Positions 1-42,900 of a stretch of DNA of 64,000 bases are shown piece after piece. A program made the position numbers and the translations under genes. The stretch comes from Bugula neritina (lineage: Eukaryota; Animalia; Bryozoa): NCBI GenBank assembly GCA_964035545.1, contig OZ037772.1, positions 11,282,818-11,346,817 on the forward strand. The letters are read 5' to 3'. Below the pieces are notes generated by a model that saw only the letters and a program-made list of their open reading frames with translations, was not told where the DNA came from and searched no databases. Position 1 is the first letter of the stretch, and each line of letters opens with the position of its first letter.

Positions 1-277
1 GGGAATTATGTAGGTGCTGACAGAAAAAAGTTGTTCACAGGCTTGTATCAACAAAATTGAAGAAACCGCCACAGCATTTATCTAAAAATATCTTTCATTT
101 TTCACGATGGCATATTTACTTACCTGTGGATAAAATGTGTATAAAAGACAAATAATTAAAAAAGCTAACAGCAAATTGAAAAGAGCAGCTACGATCTTTG
201 TCTAAAAGCATAATCTAGTTTTTGCATATTGACATATTTACTGACCAATATAAAATGTGTATAGAGTTAAACATTAC

Positions 278-494
278 AGGGAGCAGCCGTGGTCTAGGGG
301 TTAGAGCGTTTGCCTAGTGAACACGAGGTCATGGGTTCGAGCCCTGACAAAGGCCATTGGTGATGTTAGGAAGAGCATCCAGTCATAATTGCTCCTGTGC
401 CTCATTCAAATAAGTCCTTAGCCCGCTTTAACAAAAACCCTTTCCATCAGGGGTTTCTCACAGGGATAGTGACTACAGACTTGCGTAAGTTTTT
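278..494 (+). mobile_element. tRNA-derived SINE (family A), full length
   Basis: A box TGGTCTAGGGG, B box GGTTCGAGCCC, core AGGAAGAGCATCCAGTCATAATTGCTCC, T-rich tail. 17-bp TSD tatagagttaa(a/g)catta. Confidence 0.9.
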
Positions 495-636
495 TATAGA
501 GTTAAGCATTAGAAAAGCTAATAGCAAAAAAGAATAATTGAAATTTTGTCGGCAGTGATGAAAACAGGCTTTCCTCGGCCTATACAGAACTGAAGAACAG
601 TAGCGGCTTTCATTCAAAGAGGAACAGGAAACTGGC

Positions 637-30587
<29,951 letters not shown>

Positions 30588-30918
30588 CCCATCTGATAAA
30601 TATGACGTTTTACATAGAATACTATTTGACTAAGAGACTCTTGGTATAATACAGCTAGAGAGCAGCTAGCTGACAGCAGTGAAAGTTATTTCTAAGCAGC
30701 AGAATAGACAGTAGAGACAGACAATATCTGTATAAGCACACAGCTTATATTCATTACAAACTCCTCAACGCTGCCTGGGACCGTCTGTGTCAGCGCTCCC
30801 ACTTTTAAACATCTGTTACTGAGTTGTCACTGCAGCAGACACCTGTTGTCGAGTGTCAATATAGTGGCAGGTAGCAAGTTCACCGTACATGTGCAACATG
30901 GGACTGTCACAGACTCAC

Positions 30919-31325
30919 GTCTGCTATTCTTGGAGTTGTCAACTTTAGCATGTGCAGCGATTTAAATGCTTGAAAAACTAATAAAACAACCGCAAAATTT
31001 AGAAATCTTATAAAAAACAATTGTGTTGGAAACTGATTTTTAATATATTTTTCATTTTTATAAAGTCTATTAATGATCTACAGGTCATTTGAATAATCTA
31101 ACATTATGTCAAGATCTTCTGTTAGTATTATTTCATCAGAATGTGTAGCTCCAAGTTACAATTATTGCTAACCCAGCCACTTTCCGTTATTTCGTTCCGA
31201 AGTTATTCAACAATAGCATCACTACATAGCAAGCAGTTAGTAGCTGGTACTATAGATATGTGACCGAGTGAAGAAGTTCAAGGTCAGTTTACAGCTAGGA
31301 AGTGATGCCATTGTAATTCGCAGAA
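30919..31325. promoter_or_regulatory. Probable bidirectional promoter region (Cav2 / DH-PH-C1 gene)
   Basis: Divergent ATGs at 30587(-) and 31326(+). A minus-strand donor GTGAGT at 30913-30918 and an acceptor at 30593 suggest a noncoding first exon. Confidence 0.5.
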
Positions 31326-34300
31326 ATGCCGCTAAACAAACAAAAACAAGGTAAACACGGCGTGACATTGGAGAGTCCGCAGACGTTGAAGTTAAAACAC
31401 TCCAGTAATGACACTTCTTCAAGCAACCAATCAAAGAAGTCGTTGCACGACTCGAGTCTACACGCATCAGCACGGCATTCAATGAGATCATCGTATGACT
31501 CAGGGCTAACACCGGCGACCTCCCCGCACAGTTCAAGGGTGTCCTCGGCAGATCACACGCATGCGACGAGTGGCGCACCTTCTAAGGTATGCTATAAGTT
31601 TTTTAGATCTGGTTTGTTATAATATATGATTATAATATGCTTGCTTGAAAATTTTGGCTTTTTCTGCAGTTATTAAATAGTTATAAAATAAGTATTTTCT
31701 CAAGTGTCTTTCATATACACTGCATTTCCACTGCTTCACATTGCATCGAATGAATGCAAGTACAAATGAATTCGAGGTGGCGGTTTGCAAGAACTCATGG
31801 TTGCAGTTTCATCCAATGCTACTGTTTCCCGACATCAAATAAAAAATTCATTGGCATAATTCGAAGCTTGGAAATCTAATGACCAATAGTTGAGTAAATA
31901 CGGGGTAGTATTTAGACTGCTTAAGTCACTAGAAAAATATATACTATATGTCATAGCCTACCTCAAACCTGTTGGAAGCACCGTAGTGTGCAGGATCATA
32001 TTTCAACTTGGTAAATGCCACAATTACCACCGGAAAGAACTGCATCGAGGAATGTCGTTGAGCTGTAAAATTAAACATGAAAAATCGTTAGCAAATAATT
32101 ATATTGCAGAAAAAAGGAAAAACGAAAGAGGATGTAGTAGTGGCCATAATAGCATCAGAGAGAGAGTATGTAGAGACACTGGATAGGCTGATAAAGGGAG
32201 TCGTGCGCCCTCTGAGTGACAGTTCTGCTGCTGCCAAGTATAGGCAGGTGCTCTTCTCTAATGTGAAGGTAGGCAGCATGCTATATATAGACATAGAGTG
32301 TGTACAGCTACCCATGTAGCATACATTATATGGCATATTATAGGACATATACAGTACACATATAGCATATATTACATGGCATATTATAGGACATATACAG
32401 TACACATGTAGCATACATTATATGGCATATTATAGGACATATACAGTACCATCACATGTAGTATACATTATATGGCATGTTATAGGACATATACAGTACA
32501 CATGCAGCATATATCACATGGCATATTATAGGACATATACAGTACACATGTAGCCATACAGACAGACATGGAATTTGAAGGAAAGCAGCAAATAGGAGAT
32601 GTTGTCAAGACATTTATACATAACCGAGACGAGCTAGACGTACACAGCGAGTACAACTATAATCTGCCCAAAGCATTGACTAAACTGGAAGAGTTGAAAT
32701 TCTCTGAACCAACTGTCTATAAGAAGATCACGGTAAGTTAATCTAAAGGGAGCAGCCGTGGTCTAGAGGTTAGAGTGTTCGGCTAGTAAACACAAAGTCA
32801 TGAGTTCAATCCCTAGTAAAGACTATTGATGGTGTTAGAAAGAGTATCCAGTCATAATTGCTCATGTGCCCCATCTGAATAAGTCCTTAACCCACTTTAA
32901 AAAACACTTTTCCATCAGATAGGGGTTCTGACAAGGATAGTGACTGTAAACTTGTGTGAGAGAGAGTGAGTTAGTCTGATGCTCATACACATAGACTGAG
33001 ATCCATCTAGCTTTGTTGATGAAATCAATAAGGCACGCTCATAAAATCAACTTACACCCTGCCATATTCTGATGCCAACCTGGTGAATCTTTGATGTAAG
33101 GAGGAAGTAGCATCACTTTGGGTCCTCCAAAGCTTAGGATTGAGTAGCTAGTCTTTTTATCAATTCTTTACCACCGTCTTTCTGTCACTCTACAATCTAC
33201 AATATTAATTAGTTTTTCTAAATTCAACAGGATTCATGTTCTTTCAGAAAAGTAAAAATCAATCACAGCATTTCAATGCCATAAAACATACATATAGTAC
33301 TACTGCAAATATATCCTTACAGGCTAGCAACTACAACAAATTTTTGTTTACTACTTTATTTATCTGAATAAATAAAGTAAACTTATATTAGCTGATATTA
33401 AAGTTTGTGTTATGAAGACATTTTACATAAACTAAGGATAGATGATGAAATATTACTATCAATTATTTTGAGTAAATATTCGAAATTTTAACAGGTAACG
33501 CTTTAAAAATAACAAATTAACTAAAAGTGTGCATTCTAGTGCATAAGATGACATTTAAACATGTCAACCTGTTGTAGAGCGGAGAGACGCCCACCTTCAG
33601 AATAAAAGAGCTCCTCTCTTCCGTCCCAACCATCATAGAGACGCATATCCACCACTTGGAGGTAATGCTACTCCAACATTGCTACACCCCTGTATGCAGC
33701 AGCTGCCTTCTGTTGGAATGTTAGTTGTGGTGTCTGGCATGGCATTCTAGAAAATTTAGCAAAATGCCTTGAAGAATTGGGCTACATAAAAAATTAATGC
33801 ATGAAAAGTTAATTGAAATTTAACAACACTGTCTGCAGTTGGTAAAACAGTTTCTCCAGAACAAGGAAAAGTAGGAATAAGCGAAAAGTTCTAGGGAGTG
33901 GTTTTAAGTTCGGAATCATAAAATTTCAGCAGACATAGGTTACAGTTCAGCAAACGTAAGTCATAGGTCAGCAGAAGTAGGTCATAGGTCAGCTGTAATA
34001 ACATTTCAGCAAAAGTATTTTATATCTGATTGGACTATACACTGTTTTCTGATAGGAGCTGCTGAAACTGATTGGAGAGAAGGGAAAGGAGAAACATGAA
34101 GTAACAGAGGCAATACAGTGTCTAAAAGACATTTCTGAGCATATTACACAGAAGATAGCTGGTCTAGAATTGCAGAACTTTCTAGTACATCTTCAATCAC
34201 AGATATCAGGTGTAAACTGGGTCAGTGTATTGCATTACTGTTTTACATTATATATGGTATTACTATATTATGTGATAAATGGTATTACTGCATTACAATT

Positions 34301-37300
34301 TAATATCACTGCTTGATAATATATATGTACGTGTAGCATATATTATATTATCAAGATACCATATAATATATGTTATTACTATTTGCATCACATCATGAAA
34401 AGTTTGTACAGATAAATTTATATTAATTTTATATTAATTTTACGCATAAAACGATTGAATTTCTCAGAATATATTCGTACAGGTCTGTTTAAACAATATA
34501 GCACATATTTTGACTCCAAAATTGTATTTTTAGAAAATTCTTTCAGACTATTTTTCTGAATTCATATAGAGAAACATTTCAACAAGTCTTGCTATATCAC
34601 AAAAGCCTAAGTTCCGTGTGTTTGTAGAACAAGAGTCCTGCGCTAAGTAAACACTATGGCAAGCTGATATTTGACGAAACACTTTTACTACGAAAGAAGG
34701 AATCAGACCCAGAAAGATCTAAGCATGGATTTTTATTTGACAGGATACTACTAATAACTAAACCCGCGGTAGGTGTGGCCAGGCCAGTGGCCCAACAAGC
34801 AGCCAGGCCTGTTACCATACTAGTGGTCTCAATACTGAGAATTGCATTTCTCAATGTAGAGTAGTTGCAGCAAAACTATCTACTGACATGGAACTTTGTT
34901 AGCAGTTATAAAGCTTCCACAAATCACTGTCCATCTTAAGGTTTTTTTACTAAAAAGTTGGGTTTAGATGAATATTTTTACTAAAAATGAGAATACGTAT
35001 CCAAAGTATATTAATACAGCCATGGGAGATAATATAACACACACTGTATTGTTATAAACATAAGTTTGAGGTGGTAACATCTGATCAACCAATCAAAACA
35101 ATGTATTGCTAGGCTGGTAAGAAAGAGACCTACGAGTATGAGCAAGCCTTTGACCTGGCTAAGGTCACTCTCACGGAGGAGACCAGATATCACAGAATAC
35201 GATTAGAGAAACAGGACGGCTCAGCAATCTTACTGTCAGGAGAAAACAAATCCAAATATGCAAAGTGGTTAGAAAGGCTGAGGGAGACTAGGTAAGGAAA
35301 ACTACCACCAGTTTATGAGTAATGGAGAAATTGGGAAAAGCCTGTGTTCTAGAGTAGAAAAGTAGCAAAAGAAGTTTTGTTCTCCTGAGAACTTTAACCA
35401 GCGCTCCAAACAAAAGCTTATCCGGAATATTAAAGAACTTGGGCTATCTCAATTTCTCCACTACTGCATCTAAATGCATATCATGTATTAATAGATCAGG
35501 TGAGGCTATAGGACTAATTGCAGTAGGAGATGATCTTATTTAAGTGTGTACAGACACCTGCACACACCTGCACACACCTGCACACACTGTCAATCTTGTA
35601 GAGACAGACTGCTGCCTAAGGTGGACAATGATGATGACAACCACATCTTTCAACTGCACACATTCCCAGAGCTGACTCAGTGTGACGTGTGTGACAAGTT
35701 GCTGTGGGGCGTATACAGTCAGGGGTACATATGTCTGAGTGAGTAAAATATACTACTACTAGGAGCGTATACAGTCAGGGGTACATATGTCTGAGTGAGT
35801 ACTATATAATACTAGGAGTGTATACAGTTAGGGGTACGTATGCCTGAGTGAGTAATATATAATACTACTAGGAGCGTATACAGCCAGGGGTACATATGCC
35901 TGAGTGAGTAATATATACTACTACTAGGAGCGTATACAGTCAGGGGTACATATGTCTGAGTGAGTAATATATACTACTAGGAGCGTATACAGTCAGGGGT
36001 ACATATGTCTGAGTGAGTAATATATACTACTAGGAGTGTATACAGTCAGGGGTACATATTAGTACTTATTAATAAAACAACTTAACAAAACAGAAACATA
36101 ATTTCGAGAAGATAACTCCAAAATACAATAACATAATATACATGAAAGAGTAAACAACTATAATTTTCACAGCACAATTTACACCATCAGTAAAAAGCAA
36201 GTATAGCTAAGAACAATATGGTTGTTTATTATTACCTCACATCACAGAGACTGGACTCCGAGTGCATCAGAAATGTCTCCAGCAAGCAGAAATGTTGCCG
36301 AGTAGCAGAGGTCAAGGTCGACACACTCAGGACGTCAACTTGAGTCTGCCTCAGCGCCTGGTCAGTGAGGACGAGGAGAGGAAACAGTGCTTTGGCGGCT
36401 TCTTCGGTCAGATTGACCTTCTACACCAGGTCAAGGAGGCCGGGAAAGTGAGGACCAATGAAGAGAACAGGGTGAGAGTTGTAAGATAAAATAAAACTAG
36501 AATAATTTAGTAGATTAGTCTTTAAAATGTCAGAAAGAAATTTGAAAATATTCTTAGGGCAAGTTAGTTTCTACTTGAATTTCCACAACATAGGTTCGGC
36601 CATCCATAGAAAAAGATGGAAGAGCTAGGCATGCTATTTGTTTTTATTCTATAAACCTGATGTAATCATCTGAAATGTATACTTCTGAACTACAATCAAG
36701 CGTTTTAACTTTTTGGCTACAAATCCTTTAGTACGACAGAGCCATTAGTTACTCTACTACTTTTAGAGTTTACTGGTATACGCTGTGGAAGACAAGCTCC
36801 GCCTACTGAAAGCTGGCGCAGTGGAGGGAGGTTTCCGTTATACCAATCTCGACTTACAGCTGGCGAACCCCACCAAGCCGAGGAGCTTCATAATGTGGCA
36901 GTCGGGGAGTGAGGGAACTATCGAAAAAGATCACCCAAAAAGTAATTATTTGAAAATAACTGTTATGCAGTACACGCATTCTATACCTCACGGTTCTATT
37001 TCCCCAGACATTCCATAGGTCACGAGAAGGGCTTGGACTCTTATTTTGTAGCTTATGTGTGTACATAGGGACAACATGGCTGAATTTAATGGATCCGTGA
37101 GGTAAACCAGTGTTCTGCTATGTCTTGAATTGAGGTTTGGAGACTCATAGCTCAGTGAGATATGGAGGGAGCACTGTAACTTAGTGAGATATGGAGGGAG
37201 CACTATAACTTTTAGATTTCTAGTGTCATACTTTATGTATCATTAGATGTTATGATTATTAAAATGAGACTTTTGCAGCATACCTTTCGTAAGTTTCCAC

Positions 37301-39595
37301 TATATGGTATTAACTTGGTAGAGAGATATTTACAGGCCTATATATGGAACTTTAATCTACTTCGACTTCGCATTGTAGGTGGTTTTGTGGAATGTTTATA
37401 TAAAGCATTACTTTCACTAAAAGAAGAAATTGTCTTCCCTACCATTCAGAAAATCTGCAGAGAGTATCAAGGTCAAATTAGCACTTACACAGACAATGAA
37501 ACAGGTAAGTACAGTTTACACATTATATAGGTCAAGCTAGTAATAAATAATAACGAGACAGGTACATAAAGGATAGATGGCATTATATAGGTCAAAGTGG
37601 CATTATATAGGAAGAAGTAGAATTATATAGGTCGAAGTAGCACTTACAGAGCAGTATTTACTTCCCAGGTGAGCAGTTCCTGGCAGGGTATTATATAGGT
37701 CAAGGTCGTATTTACTTCCCAGGTGAGCAGTTCCTGGCAGGGTATTATATAGGTCAAGGTCGTGTTTACTTCCCAGGTGAGCAGTTCCTGGCAGGGTATT
37801 ATATAGGTCAAGGTCGTATTTACTTCCCAGGTGAGCAGTTCCTGGCAGGGTATTATATAGGTCAAGGTCGTATTTACTTCCCAGGTGAGCAGTTCCTGGC
37901 AGGGTATTATATAGGTCAAGGTCGTATTTACTTCCCAGGTGAGCAGTTCCTGGCAGGGTATTATATAGGTCAAGGTCATATTTACTTCCCAGGTGAACAG
38001 TTCCCGGCGGGGTATTATATAGGTCAAGGTCGTATTTACTTTCCAGGTGAGCAGTTCCTGGCAGGGTATTATATAGGTCAAGGTCGTATTTACTTCCCAG
38101 GTGAGCAGTTCCTGGCAGGGTATTATATAGGTCAAGGTCGTATTTACTTCCCAGGTGAACAGTTCCTGGCAGGGTATTACTATGAAAAGACAGAAGTCGA
38201 CTCTTCCGATGACGAAAGAGATTTGATTGAAAACAAAGTTCCGTTTGACTTTTCCAGCCACACATTGACTTCGGTAGGTGAAGTATTATATAACTGCTAA
38301 TTCAGATCAACCAAGGAAACTTAAAGAAATTAAACATTAATAAAATATTGCAGTATTTCATAGTAGATCTATAGAGAAGAGTAGTTTAGAATAGAGTAGA
38401 GTAGTATAGTGTAATACCTGTAGTGTATAGTATAGTATATAGTATAGTACAGTGTAGGGTATAGTAGTGTAGTGTAGTATAGTATAGTGTAGTATATAGT
38501 ATAGTGTAGTATATAGTATAGTGTAGTATAGTGTAGTATATAGTATAGTGTAGTATAGTATAGTATAGTATACAGTATAGTGTAGAATAGAGTAGAGTAG
38601 TATAGTGTAATACCTGTAGTGTAGTACAGTATAGTGTAGTATAGTATACAGTATAATATAGTGTAGTACAGTACAGTATAGTATAGTATAGTATACAGTA
38701 TAGTATAGTATAGTGTAGTACAGTGTAGTATATTGTAGTATATATAGTATAGTGCAGAGTAAAGTAGTGTAGTGTAGTGAGCCATGTAAAGTGGAGTGTA
38801 TAAGCATGGTGATACACCATTGTGATGCATAAACTGTTGTGATGATAAACTGTCGTAGTGGTAACTTTAGAATGACAGCAGACATACGGCATCAATCACC
38901 AAAACGGCAGCAAATACCAAGAGTCAGCATCATGCAAAACAGTCTCAGGTACTTAGGAATGCTGCCGACAGGGGATCTGCACATGTCTACATGGCCAGCA
39001 ATAACTGTGAGTGAAATATCCATACGCAGCGCATATACCAATATGTATTGTGTGCTATACGAGGTAGTGAATATATTGATATGCATTGCATGTGCATTAC
39101 TATATACTGCATACAATAATAAGTAGTTCATGCATTGGAACGTATTGTGTACAATACCAGGTAGTTCATGTATTGCTATGTATTGCATACATCACTAGGT
39201 AGTGTGTGCATTGTATATGCATTATACAGTGTTATGTAGTTAATATATCAATATGTATTGTGCGCAATACTATAATATATTGCATGGATTACTCTGTATT
39301 GCTGTATTGCTATATAGTCAGTAGTACGGGCTCGTGCAGGAGTGGATAGAAAGGGGGAGAATCTGTTTACCCGTCATAGTAAATGTTAATAACCATTGCA
39401 GATCAAAGCTCCAGACAAGGTAGCAGTATCACCCCAGAAAGGAAGTCCTCTTTAGACGTAGCCTCAGCTTACACCACAAAACTGCAGACGGCTTCCACGA
39501 GAACGCAGGCTAAGTCATCGAGACGAATTCCGCTAAACTCGGAGCAAAATGTCGGCGCTACTAGACCTCGGCAGACGTCAAAGTCTGTTAAATAA
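31326..39595 (+). CDS. Divergent Vav-like RhoGEF-family protein (DH-PH-C1, possible degenerate SH2), ~766 aa, probable pseudo-GEF
   Basis: Phase-consistent exons 31326-31586, 32110-32268, 32532-32732, 33578-33661, 34056-34220, 34628-34768, 35113-35291, 35602-35738, 36248-36471, 36767-36941, 37379-37504, 38155-38273, 38871-39006, 39402-39595 (2301 nt). DH start IIASEREYVETL..RPL..LFSNV; PH HYGKLIFDE..GFLFDRILLITK..KW; C1 HIFQLHTF..CDVCDKLLWG..QGYIC..VHQKC. Confidence 0.8.
32312..32553. repeat. ~46-bp x5 minisatellite duplicating an acceptor plus exon start
   Basis: tggcatattatag|gacatatacagtacacatgtagc. Confidence 0.93.
32748..32958 (+). mobile_element. SINE family A copy
   Basis: gggagcagccgtggtctagaggttagag...catccagtcataattgctc...aacttgtgtgag; starts ~15 bp after a donor site. 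Confidence 0.85.
35320..35476. mobile_element. Short inverted-repeat element also present in each 1.3-kb unit (e.g. 21749-21890)
   Basis: taatggagaaattg..aaaagcctgtgttctaga...ctatctcaatttctccactactgc; ends tggagaaattg / caatttctcca are complementary. Confidence 0.7.
35709..36059. repeat. ~54-bp x ~7 minisatellite duplicating the C1 exon end plus donor
   Basis: gcgtatacagtcaggggtacatatgtctga|gtgagtaatatatactactagga. Confidence 0.95.
37655..38178. repeat. 54-bp x ~10 minisatellite duplicating an acceptor plus exon start
   Basis: gtatttacttcccag|gtgagcagttcctggcagggtattatataggtcaaggtc; acceptors at 37669+54n up to 38155. Confidence 0.97.
38380..38780. repeat. (TAGTA/TAGTG)n pentamer repeat
   Basis: Seen directly. 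Confidence 0.95.
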
Positions 39596-39921
39596 ACACA
39601 GCAAAGCTTAGGAATATGAAAATAGAATCTTGTATTTATTTCATAAAAAAGTACATTAACATGGAAATGAGAGGAATTAAATATATGCAAGTTTCAGACA
39701 AAATTTCGCGTCTATTTAATAAAAAAGTTGCATACAAATATAAATAATGATATGCAAATTTCAGAGAAACATCTCAAAATATAAATAGCTTTAAAAGGCA
39801 GCCTAGAGACTTATTACTTCAAAACTAAAAAGTTTACTTAAAAACATCTTATTAGTTGTGCTGTATGCACCTGTATAGTTGTAGTTCTCTAACATGCTCT
39901 CACATTAAAGGGTGGGGGGTC

Positions 39922-42900
39922 TCATGAGCCCGACCTAATGTCCCCTTCTCCATGAGCATATTGACATGAGTCTGCAGGGAGAAGACAACCATCGGGATGG
40001 GAAGTGAAGAACCAGCAGAGTCTGGTTTTGTACCGACTAGTGGGAGTTTTCTCCTTCCTGTTTACTGTGTAGTCATTCAGTCTCACCAGGTATCTGCCCT
40101 TTTCTGGAGTCACTGCGTCAACAACCAATCATATGAGGAAACACAATCACGCAACCAATCATATGATAGAACACAATCACGCAACCAATTATATGGCAGA
40201 ACACAGTCAAACAACCAATCATGTGGCAGAAAACAATCACACAACCACGCAATCACTTCTTAGATAAACCAACTAGTAATTATTATCAAAGCTATGATAT
40301 CTACATGATATGTATCACTCAAGCTCAGACCATTAGTACGAGGTGTACCTAAATATCAGCCAATCACAAGCTGTGACACAAACCTTTGAATATATAATGG
40401 TGATTTTTGAGGAGGGTCTTGATACCCCCGCATTCAGCCTTCAAAGGCTGAAGTAGGTTCTGAGATTTGCACATGTCGGCCACCTCACTGAGATCTAGAG
40501 TGCCTGGTAAGAGTATATGGCATAAAATGTATTGTATGCATTGAGAGATCAAGCTACAGATGTATGTGTGTGAAGATGAGACAACTCCTCATTGAACAGA
40601 AAGCTGTATTAAATACTCTTAATACACAATATGTAATGAAACCATGTATCATACTTTTATAAGTTTTGTGAGCTTATATAACTTTTGATTTATATGTAAG
40701 TGGAAGACGATACTAATCAACACAGAACATAATATAACTTGCAAATAGAAGATAAATCTATACTGGTAAGATCAAAATTATAAAATATACAAACACGGGG
40801 GCTTGTAGGCACCTCACAAACCACGAGTCAGTGAGATAATAAAAACTTAGTCTACAATATTAAGCTGATGCTAATATCGTGCACATTTAGCAAAGGAAGG
40901 GTGGGGTGACTAACCCCCGCAGTTCCACGTCCCTCCAGTGGTAGTGGACTTGTAGCTACTTGTGGCCAGCAGTCTATCACTGACCAGTTTCACTATCTGC
41001 TGCTGCAGAGCCTTAGATACAGTGGAACAGTTCCTTACTGGCTCCACCTGGGCTCTAGGGGTGAACGTAGCACTGGAACTAAGGCTAGTGTTTCCTGTAG
41101 AGAAATAGACAGTCAGTAGTTGGTAAGTAAGACTGTAGACTAAAAGAAGAGTTATGATTTTAAAGAAGGTTTTGACGTGTTAGTTTTAATCAACTTAATG
41201 CAAATTTTTTAATGCAAGCTGCAGTGTAAGTGGGAAGCAGTGGTGGTTTTGTGGCTAGAGCACTGACCAAGTAAACATGAAATCCCCAGTAAAGACCACT
41301 GGTGATGTTGGGGAGGGCATTCAGTCATAATTGCTTCTTCTCCACAATAATGAAAAGTCTTTAGCTTGCTTAAAAAACCCTTTCCATCAGTAGATCTCAC
41401 AGAGATGGCGACTATAAACCCACATGAGCGAGTTTTTGTGACAAATAACAGAGTATCTATACTTCAAGAGTTGGTAGAAGTCATACTATAGATAAGTATA
41501 TCTATAAATACCTGAACTATTATTAGAGGTCATGTTATCAATCTCCATGTCTAACAGCTGATATTCTGATTCCGGTATGTTCTTCCTCCTCAGTCCAATA
41601 ATACATTGCTAAAGTGAGAAAGTGAGAAAGCGTAATCACCTTTCCTATACTGACATTTCTTAATATTTTCCCCAACAAGTTCAATAGTAGACAAAAGTCA
41701 CAACAGAGAAAAAAGTCACAATACATAAAAAAGTCACAATAGAGAAGAAAATTCACAATACATAAAAGTCACAACAGAGAAGAAAATTCACAATACATAA
41801 AAGTCACAACAGAGAAAAAAGTCACAATACATAAAAAAGTCACAATAGGAGAAGCTACTAACTTTTCTAGTAGAGGGGATTCTCAAGGAGTCAGTCTGAT
41901 AGATGAAGCCACACTGTTTGGTTATGTGACACACGTAGTCTAAATACTGCAGGTATATGCTCTGTAATATAAACATCATGTCTTAGTTTACCTAACGCTA
42001 ATATGTCCATTATAAAATACTATACAACACATACATACAAATATGTCACAGATACACAAATATGTCACAGATACACACAAATATTGTGTATGACACATAT
42101 ATACACTGCGTTTCCATGACCGTGCATTATGCGAATGGATGCTCGTACTGATTATTTTGTCGTTGCAGTTTGCCTTAACTTATGGTTGTGGTTTCCTTCG
42201 ACGTAACTATTTCCATTATGCGAATGATAAATCCATTTGCATAATACAGTGATGGAAACGCAGTGACACACAAATATGCCAGTGATGCACGCAAATGATC
42301 TGCAATTTCTCGATACCAGATCCTGCTAATATAGCTCCGCCAGTGACCCTAAAAGCACTTGCATTGAAGTGTCTCTAAGAGCACTGGCAGCAGAGTGTCA
42401 TATTCACCTTGGAGGCATCTGACCTCTGATACTTCCCATAGAAGTCAAACGGGCAGCAGGGCAGTAAGAAGAACCGACAGTTTCTTGAGCTTCTGGCAGC
42501 CATAACAGGTATCCAAGGTGTCAGCTCGTCACTATGGTTACCAATCAGCCAATCAGATGTGGAGAAGAGTTTCGAGTCTGAAGGAATCAATGACATCTCC
42601 TAAATAACACAAATACATTGATGTCTAGACTATAAATACTTATAACTATCAAAACTGCTGCATTAAGAGATTTGTAATAGATCTAACTGACTCATTCATA
42701 TTTCTATAAGCTCAACACGGAGATACTTTACATATTAATCAATGTATGTGATGGACATGAAATGTATTAAGATAAACAAAATATATAAGAAGTCCGAGTG
42801 GTCTAGGGATTAGAGTGCTGGCCTAGTAAACACGAAGTCATGGGTTTGAGCTTTAGTAAAGGCCATTGGTGATGTTAGGAAGAGCATCCAGTCATAATTG

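Noticed and set aside
279-356. tRNA-like sequence
   Set aside because: It is the head of a multi-copy SINE with body, tail and TSD, not a tRNA gene.
37603-38265. 220-aa and 205-aa minus-strand repeat ORFs
   Set aside because: They are antisense reads of the 54-bp minisatellite; the gene lies on the plus strand.
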